Virus record (IMG/VR): IMGVR_UViG_3300037419_001520
Span: 1 to 36,348 of that record
Source of the DNA: a virus
Taxonomy: Duplodnaviria > Caudoviricetes
Length of the DNA stretch: 36,348 bases
Direction: 5' to 3' (one strand)
The notes under the pieces were generated by a model, which saw only the letters and a list, made by a program, of their open reading frames with translations, was not told the DNA's origin and searched no databases. Positions 27,991 to 35,615 of this stretch are shown here, piece by piece. The position numbers and the translations under genes are program-made. Within the stretch, counting starts at the first letter, position 1; every line of letters starts with the position of its first letter.

Positions 27991-28853
27991 CCCGCGCCCT
28001 CCGGAACGCCGCGCTCGACTACGCGGACCGGGGTTGGAAGGTCTTCCCGCTCTGGCCCGGCACGAAGAGGCCGCTCGGCGACCTCGCCCCGAACGGCCGC
28101 CACAGCGCGACGTCCGACCTCGTGACCGTGCTCCAGTGGTGGCGCCGCGCGCCCCAGGCGAACGTCGCCCTCGTCGGCGGGACGTCGGGGCTCGTGATCC
28201 TCGACGTCGACCCGCGCCACGGCGGCGACGACTCCGTCCACGCGGCGGAGCGCCAGCTCGGCCGCCTCCCCGAGACGGTGTGCGCCGAGACGGGCGGCGG
28301 GGGAGCGCACTACCTCTTCCGGCACCCCGGCTACCCGCTCGTGCCAAAGCCCGCGCCCGGCCTCGACCTCCAGGACGAGGCGTACATCGTCGCGCCGCCT
28401 AGCGTCCACCCGAACGGCCGCCGCTACACCTGGGACCTCGCGCCCGGCGACGTTCCCGTGGCCGACCTCCCCGAGGCATGGCTGGATCGCCTTCGCCAGC
28501 CCGCGCACCTCGCGCGCCGGACGGACCTCGCCGTCAACCTCGACCACCAGGACCCGCTCCGCCGCATCCCGGCGACGACGTACGTCCCGGCGATGACGCG
28601 CCGGACGGTCGACGCCCGAGGCTGGGCGTGCTGCCCGTTCCACGGCGGCGGGAAGGAGAAGGAGCCGTCCCTGAAGTGCGACGGGACGGTCTGGGCGTGC
28701 TACGGCTGTCCGCCGCTCCCCGGCAAGGGCGCGATGGGCGGCAACATCTATGACTTGGCGGCCGTTGTCCTGGGCCTCCCGATGCCCCTCCGTGGGGTCG
28801 ACTTCCAGGACGTCCGGGGCCGCCTCACGCGAGCGCTGGAGGCGCACCTATGA
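27987..28853 (+). CDS. Bifunctional primase-polymerase with a C-terminal CHC2-like Zn finger
   Basis: GWKVFPL, ILDVDPRHGG, TGGGGAHYLF, YIVAPPSVH; CPFH..PSL..CYGC. Confidence 0.9.
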   Translation: MTRALRNAALDYADRGWKVFPLWPGTKRPLGDLAPNGRHSATSDLVTVLQWWRRAPQANVALVGGTSGLVILDVDPRHGGDDSVHAAERQLGRLPETVCAETGGGGAHYLFRHPGYPLVPKPAPGLDLQDEAYIVAPPSVHPNGRRYTWDLAPGDVPVADLPEAWLDRLRQPAHLARRTDLAVNLDHQDPLRRIPATTYVPAMTRRTVDARGWACCPFHGGGKEKEPSLKCDGTVWACYGCPPLPGKGAMGGNIYDLAAVVLGLPMPLRGVDFQDVRGRLTRALEAHL

Positions 28854-29056
28854 ACCGCGAAGCGAAGGCCCTCCACGGCCAGCTCGTCGACCTCGGCTTC
28901 GTGCTCGTGCGGTCGAAGCGGCACCTCGTCTACCGCCACGAGGCGGGCGGGCCGCCGGTCGCGGCGCCGAAGACCGCGAGCGACTGGCGCGCGTCGAAGA
29001 ACGTCCTCGCGAAGGCCCGCCGCGTCGCCCGCGAGCTGGAGGCCGCGCGCCCGTGA
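28850..29056 (+). CDS. HicA-like toxin / dsRBD-fold protein
   Basis: 68 aa; LGF.LVRSKRHLVYRH..PKTASDWRA.KN pattern of actinophage HicA-like proteins. Confidence 0.7.
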   Translation: MNREAKALHGQLVDLGFVLVRSKRHLVYRHEAGGPPVAAPKTASDWRASKNVLAKARRVARELEAARP

Positions 29057-29397
29057 ACGCCGCCCGCCAGAAGGTCGAGCGCGAGGGCGTCTGCCGCGTC
29101 TGCGGGCTCGGGGGACCGGAGCGCCTGGACGCCGCGCACACCTGGGACCGCTCCCTCGGCGGCCCGGGCTTCGACGACCCCGACGCGATCGTCCCGCTCT
29201 GCTCGGACATGAAGGGCGGCCTCGGGTGTCACCAGGCGTACGACGCGCACGAGCTGGACCTCCTGCCGCACCTCACGACGGCCGAGCAGGTCGCCCTCGT
29301 GCGGATGGCGGGAACGATTGAGCGGGCCAGGGATCGCGCCGTCGGCGCCGGGCGCAAGGCGCCGAAGCGGCACCCGATGGACGGCCCCTTCACGTAG
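29053..29397 (+). CDS. HNH-like nuclease
   Basis: GTG 29053; CRVC..LDAAH..IVPLC..CH..YD. Confidence 0.75.
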   Translation: MNAARQKVEREGVCRVCGLGGPERLDAAHTWDRSLGGPGFDDPDAIVPLCSDMKGGLGCHQAYDAHELDLLPHLTTAEQVALVRMAGTIERARDRAVGAGRKAPKRHPMDGPFT

Positions 29398-29411
29398 CGT
29401 CTAAACGACAC

Positions 29412-29442
29412 TTGACAACGTCTACCGTGAACGGTGTATACT
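29412..29442 (+). promoter_or_regulatory. Class I promoter (TTGACA-19-TATACT with dyad)
   Basis: TTGACAACGTCTACCGTGAACGGTGTATACT; GTG start 7 nt downstream. Confidence 0.85.
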
Positions 29443-29449
29443 CCCGTTC

Positions 29450-29860
29450 GTGAGCGCAACCCAGACCCCCGCCCCGTCGAAGACCCGCCTCCGCAAGGTT
29501 GAGTGCCTGGAGTGCGGCGTGATCTGCCGCATGTCGCGCGCCGCCATGCAGAAGAGCGGCCTCCCGACGTGCGGGTGCGGAACGCCCATGACTTGCTCGG
29601 ACCTCGACGACCTGGCCGTCGTCGCCCCCGAGGACCCCCGCGTCCGCGAGGCCGAGGCCGCGATGGAGGCGTTCGTCGAGCGCTCCGTCCAGCAGCAACA
29701 CCGCCAGGCCCGCCGCCACGGCAAGGGCGCCGCGTTCTCCGAGCGCGTCGACCTCGCCCGCGAGCGCGCCTACGCCGCCGTGAAGGCCCGTGACGCCGAG
29801 GCCCTGGAGCGCGCCCGCGACCGTCGCCCCTTCGGCGAGCCCGACGACCTTCCCTTCTAG
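29450..29860 (+). CDS. Zn-ribbon protein, leaderless
   Basis: 136 aa; RLRKVECLECG..RMSR..GLPTCGCG. Confidence 0.8.
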   Translation: MSATQTPAPSKTRLRKVECLECGVICRMSRAAMQKSGLPTCGCGTPMTCSDLDDLAVVAPEDPRVREAEAAMEAFVERSVQQQHRQARRHGKGAAFSERVDLARERAYAAVKARDAEALERARDRRPFGEPDDLPF

Positions 29861-29863
29861 CCC

Positions 29864-29894
29864 TTGACAACGTCTACCGTGAACGCTGTATACT
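29864..29894 (+). promoter_or_regulatory. Class I promoter, near-exact duplicate of 29412-29442
   Basis: TTGACAACGTCTACCGTGAACGCTGTATACT (one mismatch). Confidence 0.85.
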
Positions 29895-29902
29895 CACAAC
29901 TT

Positions 29903-30166
29903 ATGAGCGCAACCGCAACCCCCGCCGCCACCTTCGCCCAGGCCGAAACCCTCGGCTCCCTGAAGCTGGCGAACCCCGAATTCACCTTCCGGCCCGACGT
30001 CTTCGTGGACGAGCGCGACGGCCTCGTCGTCCTCGCCTACGCCGTTCGCGCCGACGAGCTGGTCATGGAGTGGGTCATCTTCGACGACGGCGTCGAGTGT
30101 CACCTCTCGACCCGCTACCCCTACGGCTCGGCGAATTGGGAGCCGCACCCCGACGACCTCACCTAG
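29903..30166 (+). CDS. Hypothetical acidic 87-aa protein, leaderless
   Basis: ATG 29903, 8 nt after TATACT; MSATATPAATF... Confidence 0.8.
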   Translation: MSATATPAATFAQAETLGSLKLANPEFTFRPDVFVDERDGLVVLAYAVRADELVMEWVIFDDGVECHLSTRYPYGSANWEPHPDDLT

Positions 30167-30194
30167 CCCGCCCGCCGTCTAGACTCCGCGCCCC

Positions 30195-30217
30195 GAGGCC
30201 CGCCACGAGCGGGCCTC
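30195..30217 (+). terminator. Hairpin ending the class I cassette
   Basis: GAGGCCCGC-CACGA-GCGGGCCTC. Confidence 0.6.
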
Positions 30218-30223
30218 TCGCGT

Positions 30224-30264
30224 TGTCCGGAACCTGTCCTAGTCCTGTCCTAGTCTGCTCGGCG
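30224..30264 (+). promoter_or_regulatory. Class II promoter of the resolvase operon
   Basis: Three TGTCC at an 11-bp period, then TAGTCT; ATG 41 nt after the first repeat. Confidence 0.7.
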
Positions 30265-30684
30265 ATGGGTAAGGCATCGCGAGACAAGGGCGCGGCGGGC
30301 GAGCGGGAGTTCTGCATCGTCGCTCGCCAGCACGACCTCCCGGCCGACCGGACGGCGCAGCTCCAGGCGGGCCGCGTCCCCGGCGCACCGGACGTCCTCA
30401 TTCGCACCTGGCCCGAGCTGTACGTCGAGGTCAAGCGCGACGAGCGCATGAGCGTCGACGCGATGGTCCGCCAGGCGAACGCCGACGCCGCGCGCTACCC
30501 CGGTGAGGCCCGCGTGCCGATCGTGGCGTGGCGCCGCAACGGCTCCGGGCGCCAGGGCTGGCGCCTCGATATGCCCGCCGCGTTCGGGCTCGCCCTGCTC
30601 GCCGAGGTCCACGAGCTGCGCGACCGCGTCGACCTCCTGGAGCGCGAGCGCGGCCTCGTCGTCGAGGGCGACCTCCTCCCGTGA
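30265..30684 (+). CDS. Holliday junction resolvase (Hjc-like PD-(D/E)xK)
   Basis: MGKASRDKGAAGERE..PDV..YVEVKR. Confidence 0.82.
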   Translation: MGKASRDKGAAGEREFCIVARQHDLPADRTAQLQAGRVPGAPDVLIRTWPELYVEVKRDERMSVDAMVRQANADAARYPGEARVPIVAWRRNGSGRQGWRLDMPAAFGLALLAEVHELRDRVDLLERERGLVVEGDLLP

Positions 30685-31274
30685 GCGCGAAGCCGACGCT
30701 AGCCGCCCGTCTAAACGACGTCCTCGGCCAGCTCCTCCTCCTCCCCGACGCCGGGGCCATCGACCCGACCAAGGACAATATCTCGGTCGGGCGCGGCGGC
30801 CACGGCACCCATAAGGAGCGCGGCATCGCCCCGAGCGGCACCTTCGCCGCGCTGGAGGAGCGGCCCGCCGTCATCCAGTGGGCCGCCCGCTTCGGCAGGA
30901 TGCTCGACGTCGCCGAGCGCGAGCTGGAGGAGGCCCGCTCGGGCGCCGTCGCGACCTCCGCGAAGGGCGCCCGGACCGGCGCCGTGAAGGACGCCGAGGA
31001 CCGCACCATCCTGAAGGACTACGTCGGGATGGACCCGACGACCGTCGCCTACATCTTCGGCCGCACGACCGAGGGTATTCGCAAGCTGCGCGGCCGGAAG
31101 GGGCTCGACCCCGCGACCGGCGAGCGCGCCCAGCGCGACACCCTCACGCCCCGCGTCGACCCCGAGACGTCCGCCGATCGCCGCCTCGCGCGCCGCATCG
31201 ACGCCTCGGTCCGCGAGGCCGTCCGTGTCGCTCACGCCGCTTCTGAGAGCAACCCCAATCCCCAGGAGGACTAG
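30681..31274 (+). CDS. Putative HTH transcription factor
   Basis: GTG 30681; C-terminal DRTIL..GMDPTTVAYIFGRTTEGIRKLR HTH-like segment. Confidence 0.6.
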   Translation: MSAKPTLAARLNDVLGQLLLLPDAGAIDPTKDNISVGRGGHGTHKERGIAPSGTFAALEERPAVIQWAARFGRMLDVAERELEEARSGAVATSAKGARTGAVKDAEDRTILKDYVGMDPTTVAYIFGRTTEGIRKLRGRKGLDPATGERAQRDTLTPRVDPETSADRRLARRIDASVREAVRVAHAASESNPNPQED

Positions 31275-31277
31275 TCA

Positions 31278-31781
31278 ATGACCTTGACTCGCTATGAGGA
31301 GTCGACCGTCGACACCCCCGACGGCCCCGTGACCGTCACGGACGAGACGCACGTCCACACCCGCGCGGAGCTGGCCGCCGCCGCCAAGCGACCCGAGCTG
31401 ACCGCGCACGAGGCCGCCAGGCTGTCCGGCCTCACGCTGCGCGACGTCGCCCGCGCCTGCCGCCATCGCACCCGCACGCCCGACCGGATCAACCCCGACG
31501 AGGTCGTGACGTTCGCCGAGGCCCTTCGCCTCTCCTACGTCGCCGCCCGCAAGCGCACTCGCCCGGCCCGCCGCGCGTTCGGCGCGCGTGGGGACGGGCG
31601 CCGGGCCGCCCTCCTCGCGCAGACCGCCGCCCGCCAGTGGGACCGCGACTGTCGCGCCATCCGCGACGCGATCATCCTCGGCACCCGCGACGTCCCGGGC
31701 CTGTCGTACGCGACCGGCCTCCGCCGCTCGCGTATCCGCCAGGTCGTCCGCGTCGAGCGCATCCGCGCGGTGCAGTCGTGA
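31278..31781 (+). CDS. Hypothetical basic protein with a possible HTH
   Basis: AGGAGG RBS; LTAHEAARLSGLTLRDVARAC. Confidence 0.65.
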   Translation: MTLTRYEESTVDTPDGPVTVTDETHVHTRAELAAAAKRPELTAHEAARLSGLTLRDVARACRHRTRTPDRINPDEVVTFAEALRLSYVAARKRTRPARRAFGARGDGRRAALLAQTAARQWDRDCRAIRDAIILGTRDVPGLSYATGLRRSRIRQVVRVERIRAVQS

Positions 31782-32212
31782 AGCCCGGCGACCGCATCCG
31801 CCTGAAGGTCCGCATCGGCTCCTACGAGCCCGGCACGGAGGCCGTCATTGTCCCGGGCGACGTCCCGGGCTTCGCCGGGGCGTTCGCCGTGGACGGCTCC
31901 CGCTACTCCTGCGCCTTCGCTGCGAGCGAGGTCGAGCCCGTCGAGCCCGAGGCCCAGACGATCCTCGACGAGGCCGCCCAGCTCGTCAACGGCGACCGCC
32001 AGCGCGACTACGGCCACCCGAAGGACAACCTCGCGCGCATCGCCTCCCTCTGGAGCGGCATCCTCGACCGGCCCGTGACCGCGAAGGAGGTCGGCCTCTG
32101 CATGGTCGCCCTGAAGCTGGCGCGCGAGGTCGCGACGCCGAAGCGCGACAACATCGTGGACGCGGCGGGCTACCTGCGCATGCTGGAGGCCGCAGGCGAG
32201 GTCGGCTCGTGA
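31778..32212 (+). CDS. DUF6378-domain protein
   Basis: ILDEAAQLVNGDRQRDYGHP..RIA.LW..MVALKLAR..DNIVDAAGY. Confidence 0.8.
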   Translation: MKPGDRIRLKVRIGSYEPGTEAVIVPGDVPGFAGAFAVDGSRYSCAFAASEVEPVEPEAQTILDEAAQLVNGDRQRDYGHPKDNLARIASLWSGILDRPVTAKEVGLCMVALKLAREVATPKRDNIVDAAGYLRMLEAAGEVGS

Positions 32213-32409
32213 AGTCCGGCGAGCACGTCCTCTTCGACGCCTACATGATGAGCGGCCCTGACCGCTCGCGCTTCGACTACTACCGCCGTCGGCTCGCGAA
32301 GCTGACGGCGGACGTCGGCCCGGTCTGGGCGCGCTTCCTCCTGAGCGTCGAGCGGACCGCCGAGTCGTTCGCGCGGACGCTCGACGTCCAGGCCCGGAGG
32401 CCGTCGTGA
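32209..32409 (+). CDS. Hypothetical 66-aa protein
   Basis: GTGA-coupled at both ends. Confidence 0.6.
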   Translation: MKSGEHVLFDAYMMSGPDRSRFDYYRRRLAKLTADVGPVWARFLLSVERTAESFARTLDVQARRPS

Positions 32410-33491
32410 CGTCGACCATGATCGACCGGCCCGAGGTCGACTTCGACGCCGTCCAGCACGCCTACTCGATCAGCGGCGAGCCCGTCCTGGGCGTCTCGAC
32501 GATCGCGAAGGTGGGCGGCGTCGAGGACACCTGGGGCATCGCGTCTGCGTGGGGCTGGAGGCTCGGCTACGAGGGCGCGCGCACGATCGCGCTCGGCGAC
32601 CGCACCATCCTCGACGCGCCGGTCCCCGAGGACTATAAGAAGGACCCGCTCCGCGTCGCGATGAACGAGGCCGGGCTCACGCCCTGGGCGACCCGGGACC
32701 GCGCCGCCGAGCGCGGCTCATGGGTGCATGACGTCCTGGAGGAGCTGGGCCAGAACGGCGCCGTCCCCGACATGGAGGCGTTCCGCGAGCGGCACGGTGA
32801 CGAGGCCGCGAATCACGCCCGCTCGGTCCTTCGATGGTTCCTCATCTTCCGCCCGTCGTTCGTCGCGACAGAGGTCCAGGTCGCCTCCCGCACCCACGGC
32901 TTCGCCGGTCGGTACGACATTCGCGCGAAGGTCGAGGCCCGCCGCCTCGTGCCGCTCCTGGAGCCGCCGTTCTGCCCCGTGATCCGTCAGGACCCCCAGG
33001 CCGTCCGGATTCGCGAGCTGGCGGCACGCGACGCCTGGGCGCTCGGCCTCCTCGACCTGAAGACCTCGAAAGGCGTCTACCCGACGACGCACTTCCCGCA
33101 GCTTGAGGGCTACGAGGGGGCCGGGGTTGAGATGGGCTTCCCGGCGACCGACTTCCGGGGCGTCATCAACACGAACGGGGACGGCTCATTCGACCCGGCG
33201 ACCGGCTTCGTCGTGTCCTGGTCGACGTACGACGACTTCCTCGCCTACCTGACGGCCCTCCGCGCCATTCGGCGGATCAACACCCTGGACCCCGAGACGA
33301 TCCGCGAGGAGGCCCAGGAGAAGGCCGTCCTCGCGCAGCTCCCCGCGACGTCGCGGACGATCGTCGAGCGCGACGTCCCCGAGCTGCGCGGCCTCGACAC
33401 GCGCGCCGTCGGTCGCGTCGCCGGGCGGCTCCGGAAGCGCGGGCTCGTCGAGCAGGCCGAGCGCGGCGTCTGGAAGGTGGTCGAGGCGTGA
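32406..33491 (+). CDS. PD-(D/E)xK (RecB/Cas4-like) exonuclease with a C-terminal winged-helix-like segment
   Basis: GVSTI, RGSWVH, E..V, FAGRYD, DLKTSKGVY, QLEGY. Confidence 0.85.
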   Translation: MTSTMIDRPEVDFDAVQHAYSISGEPVLGVSTIAKVGGVEDTWGIASAWGWRLGYEGARTIALGDRTILDAPVPEDYKKDPLRVAMNEAGLTPWATRDRAAERGSWVHDVLEELGQNGAVPDMEAFRERHGDEAANHARSVLRWFLIFRPSFVATEVQVASRTHGFAGRYDIRAKVEARRLVPLLEPPFCPVIRQDPQAVRIRELAARDAWALGLLDLKTSKGVYPTTHFPQLEGYEGAGVEMGFPATDFRGVINTNGDGSFDPATGFVVSWSTYDDFLAYLTALRAIRRINTLDPETIREEAQEKAVLAQLPATSRTIVERDVPELRGLDTRAVGRVAGRLRKRGLVEQAERGVWKVVEA

Positions 33492-33604
33492 ACCGCGCGA
33501 CGGCCCTCTGGGCCGTGACCCGGGCCGTCGTCGCCGCGATCCGCTCCGGGGTGGAGCCCGAGGCGATCCTCTCGGCCGTCCGCGCCGCGATCGACGCGGC
33601 CTAG
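33488..33604 (+). CDS. Hypothetical 38-aa protein
   Basis: GTGA-coupled; MNRATALWAVTRAVVAAIRSGVEPEAILSAVRAAIDAA. Confidence 0.5.
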   Translation: MNRATALWAVTRAVVAAIRSGVEPEAILSAVRAAIDAA

Positions 33605-33616
33605 CCCGTCTAAACA

Positions 33617-33645
33617 CCGGAGGCCCGCACTAGGCGGGCCTCCGG
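33617..33645. terminator. Hairpin between convergent genes
   Basis: CCGGAGGCCCGC-ACTAG-GCGGGCCTCCGG, 12-bp perfect stem. Confidence 0.7.
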
Positions 33646-33667
33646 GGCGCGGCATGGGGCGCGGAGC

Positions 33668-34012
33668 CTAGGCGCGCGCTCGCGCCGCCAGGATGCGGGC
33701 CGTGGACTCGGCGGCGGCCGTCGCCAGCTCCGACGAGGGGCGCTCCGTGCGGGTCCACGTGTAGTACAGGCTCCGGGTGCTCTTCTCGCTCGTGACGAAG
33801 CCCCACGAGGAGAGGCAGGACAGGGCCGACAGGGCGGTCCCGCGCGGGTCCATGTACCCCCGGAGGGCGCCATAGGCGACGCTTCCGGTGTCGGCGACGC
33901 GATGCTCGTCCATGAACGCGAGGGCGCGCTCGATCGCGACGAGGGCGGAGGCGTCACTCCAGCCTCCGCCGAAGATGGTCGAGGTGGACGGGGCGGTGTG
34001 GGTTGCGCTCAT
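33668..34012 (-). CDS. Hypothetical 114-aa protein (possible winged helix), leaderless
   Basis: ATG 34012, 7 nt after TTTACT; MSATHTAP...ALSCLSSWGFV..YYTW. Confidence 0.7.
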   Translation of the reverse strand: MSATHTAPSTSTIFGGGWSDASALVAIERALAFMDEHRVADTGSVAYGALRGYMDPRGTALSALSCLSSWGFVTSEKSTRSLYYTWTRTERPSSELATAAAESTARILAARARA

Positions 34013-34019
34013 GGGGGAG

Positions 34020-34048
34020 AGTAAACAGCGTGAACGGTCGCCTGTCAA
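34020..34048 (-). promoter_or_regulatory. Class I promoter (TTGACA-17-TTTACT with dyad ACCGTTCACGCT)
   Basis: Same architecture as 29412 and 29864, with the dyad centre inverted. Confidence 0.75.
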
Positions 34049-34056
34049 GTCCCCGT

Positions 34057-34380
34057 CTAAACGGCCTGGGCCGGGGTCCGGCGCCGGACGCGCTTCCGCT
34101 GGGACGGCGGCGTCGGGTCGCCAGCCTCGCGCGGGCCGCCACCCCGGGGCCGCTCGTGGGCCTTCCCCCACTCGATCACAGCGGCGGTCGCGTACAGCGT
34201 GCCGGACGGCGGCTTCGCGATGGGGGCGGGCCAGTCCTTCGACTCCCGCGCCCAGCGCGAGGCGAGCACCTTCGACACGCCGAAGTAGGCGGCCACGCCG
34301 CCGATCGACAGGACGGGGTCAAGGTCGCGGAATGTCGGCAGGGTCAGGGCGTCGACGGGGTCAGGGTGCTTCCTGGGCAT
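34057..34380 (-). CDS. MerR/AlpA-superfamily HTH DNA-binding protein
   Basis: LSIGGVAAYFGVSKVLASRW...WPAP...LY....VIEW; GAGGAGG RBS. Confidence 0.8.
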   Translation of the reverse strand: MPRKHPDPVDALTLPTFRDLDPVLSIGGVAAYFGVSKVLASRWARESKDWPAPIAKPPSGTLYATAAVIEWGKAHERPRGGGPREAGDPTPPSQRKRVRRRTPAQAV

Positions 34381-34403
34381 AGGGGCCTCCTCGGGCTCTC
34401 AGA

Positions 34404-34432
34404 GTGAACGACGTAGAGGCTACACCGTTCAC
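34404..34432 (-). promoter_or_regulatory. Promoter/operator of the HTH gene, related to the class I dyad
   Basis: GTGAACGGTG-TAGCCT with an inverted CGTTCAC downstream of the -10. Confidence 0.55.
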
Positions 34433-34671
34433 CCGCCTTCGTGCAACCCGAGGCGGCGCGCGAGGTCGCGCAGGTTGAGGCGAACGTCGTCGCGGATGCG
34501 AGGGTCGCGGACCCCCGTCTCGACGCCTATCTCCCAGGCTATGCGGATCAGGATTGCCTCGCGTATGTACTGCGCCAGCGGAAGCCCTTCGCGTGCCGCC
34601 GCCTCCTCAGCGGCGGCGTGCATCGCGGGGCCGAGGCGGACCGTCACCCTGCGGACATGGTTCGGCTTCAC
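34429..34671 (-). CDS. Ribbon-helix-helix DNA-binding protein
   Basis: GTG 34671 after GAAAGG; RVTVRLGPAMHAAAEEAAAREGLPLAQYIREAI. Confidence 0.8.
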   Translation of the reverse strand: MKPNHVRRVTVRLGPAMHAAAEEAAAREGLPLAQYIREAILIRIAWEIGVETGVRDPRIRDDVRLNLRDLARRLGLHEGG

Positions 34672-34808
34672 GGCGCGGCCTTTCGCGAGCGGCGCGCGTT
34701 CACCTTCAGACAATGGCGCGTGACGCCTCTTGAGGCGTCGCACCGGCGCTCCGAAAGACGTCGTGACGGCGCTACCCTGACAGCCGACCCCTCCGAGGAA
34801 GGAACACG

Positions 34809-35105
34809 ATGCACGATCGCGACGACACGACCACGACCCCGATCCCGCGCGCCGGGGCACGCTTCCGGGCTCGCGAGGGCGCAGACGGGGAGTCCGTCGT
34901 CTTTGCCGTATGCGGCCCCGACCTTGACGACTTCCGGACGATGCTGCGCGAGCAGATCGCAGGGGACTCAGAACAGCTCCGGTTTATCCGCGAGCACGGT
35001 CAGGGGCGCCGGTCGACGGACGCGACCCACCTCACAGTCGACCGCGTCCGTCGCCGCCTCGACTTCCTTTGGCGCCTCGCCGATCACGTCGGCGGCGTTT
35101 ACTAG
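34809..35105 (+). CDS. Hypothetical 98-aa protein
   Basis: GAGGAAGGA RBS; divergent from the RHH gene. Confidence 0.65.
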   Translation: MHDRDDTTTTPIPRAGARFRAREGADGESVVFAVCGPDLDDFRTMLREQIAGDSEQLRFIREHGQGRRSTDATHLTVDRVRRRLDFLWRLADHVGGVY

Positions 35106-35119
35106 GCGCGGGCGCCGCG

Positions 35120-35482
35120 CTACCCGCGTCGCCTCTTCGGCGCGGGTAGCCGCTCCTCGACGAGCTGGCGCAGCCCGGCGACCTCAGCCCGAAGCGCGGC
35201 CAGCTCCTCGGCCACATTCGTGCCGCCGTCGGCGGACACCTCGCCTAGCAGTTCCTCCGGGGTCGTCTCGAACGCCTCTGCGATCCGGCGCAGCTCCCCG
35301 AGGAACCCCTGAGTCTCGGCGCGCTCCCAGCGCGCGTACGTCCTCACCGTCACGTCAAGCGCGCGAGCGGCGTCCTCCTGAGTCATCCCCGCGAGGGACC
35401 GGGCCACGCGCATCCGCTCGGCTACGAGCTGCGCCATCCGGTCGCGGTCGGTGGGGGCGGTCAAGGTGTGCATCCTTTCCAT
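35120..35482 (-). CDS. XRE/Cro-CI family HTH regulator (candidate repressor)
   Basis: RMRVAR..GMTQEDAARALDVTVRTYARWER, with a short C-terminal coiled coil and no S24 peptidase. Confidence 0.9.
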   Translation of the reverse strand: MERMHTLTAPTDRDRMAQLVAERMRVARSLAGMTQEDAARALDVTVRTYARWERAETQGFLGELRRIAEAFETTPEELLGEVSADGGTNVAEELAALRAEVAGLRQLVEERLPAPKRRRG

Positions 35483-35574
35483 TCGCTCCTAGGTCGTCGG
35501 GATAGTGACACGTTAGTGACCGGACATGCTAGTGCCCGGTCAGCCCGCGACCGAAACCTGACCCGTCGACTAGG

Positions 35575-35615
35575 TGTCCGAAATCTGTCCTAGTCCGTCG
35601 GTTGACTCCGGGGCC
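35575..35615 (+). promoter_or_regulatory. Class II promoter of the ERF gene
   Basis: TGTCCGAAATCTGTCCTAG starting 41 nt before ATG 35616. Confidence 0.7.

Noticed and set aside
29412-29894. 31-bp near-exact direct repeat as a CRISPR or att site
   Set aside because: Only two full copies about 450 bp apart, each a -35/-10 promoter before a gene
32406-33491. Cas4-like nuclease as part of a CRISPR-Cas system
   Set aside because: No array or other cas genes and no Fe-S cysteine set; fits a phage recombination exonuclease
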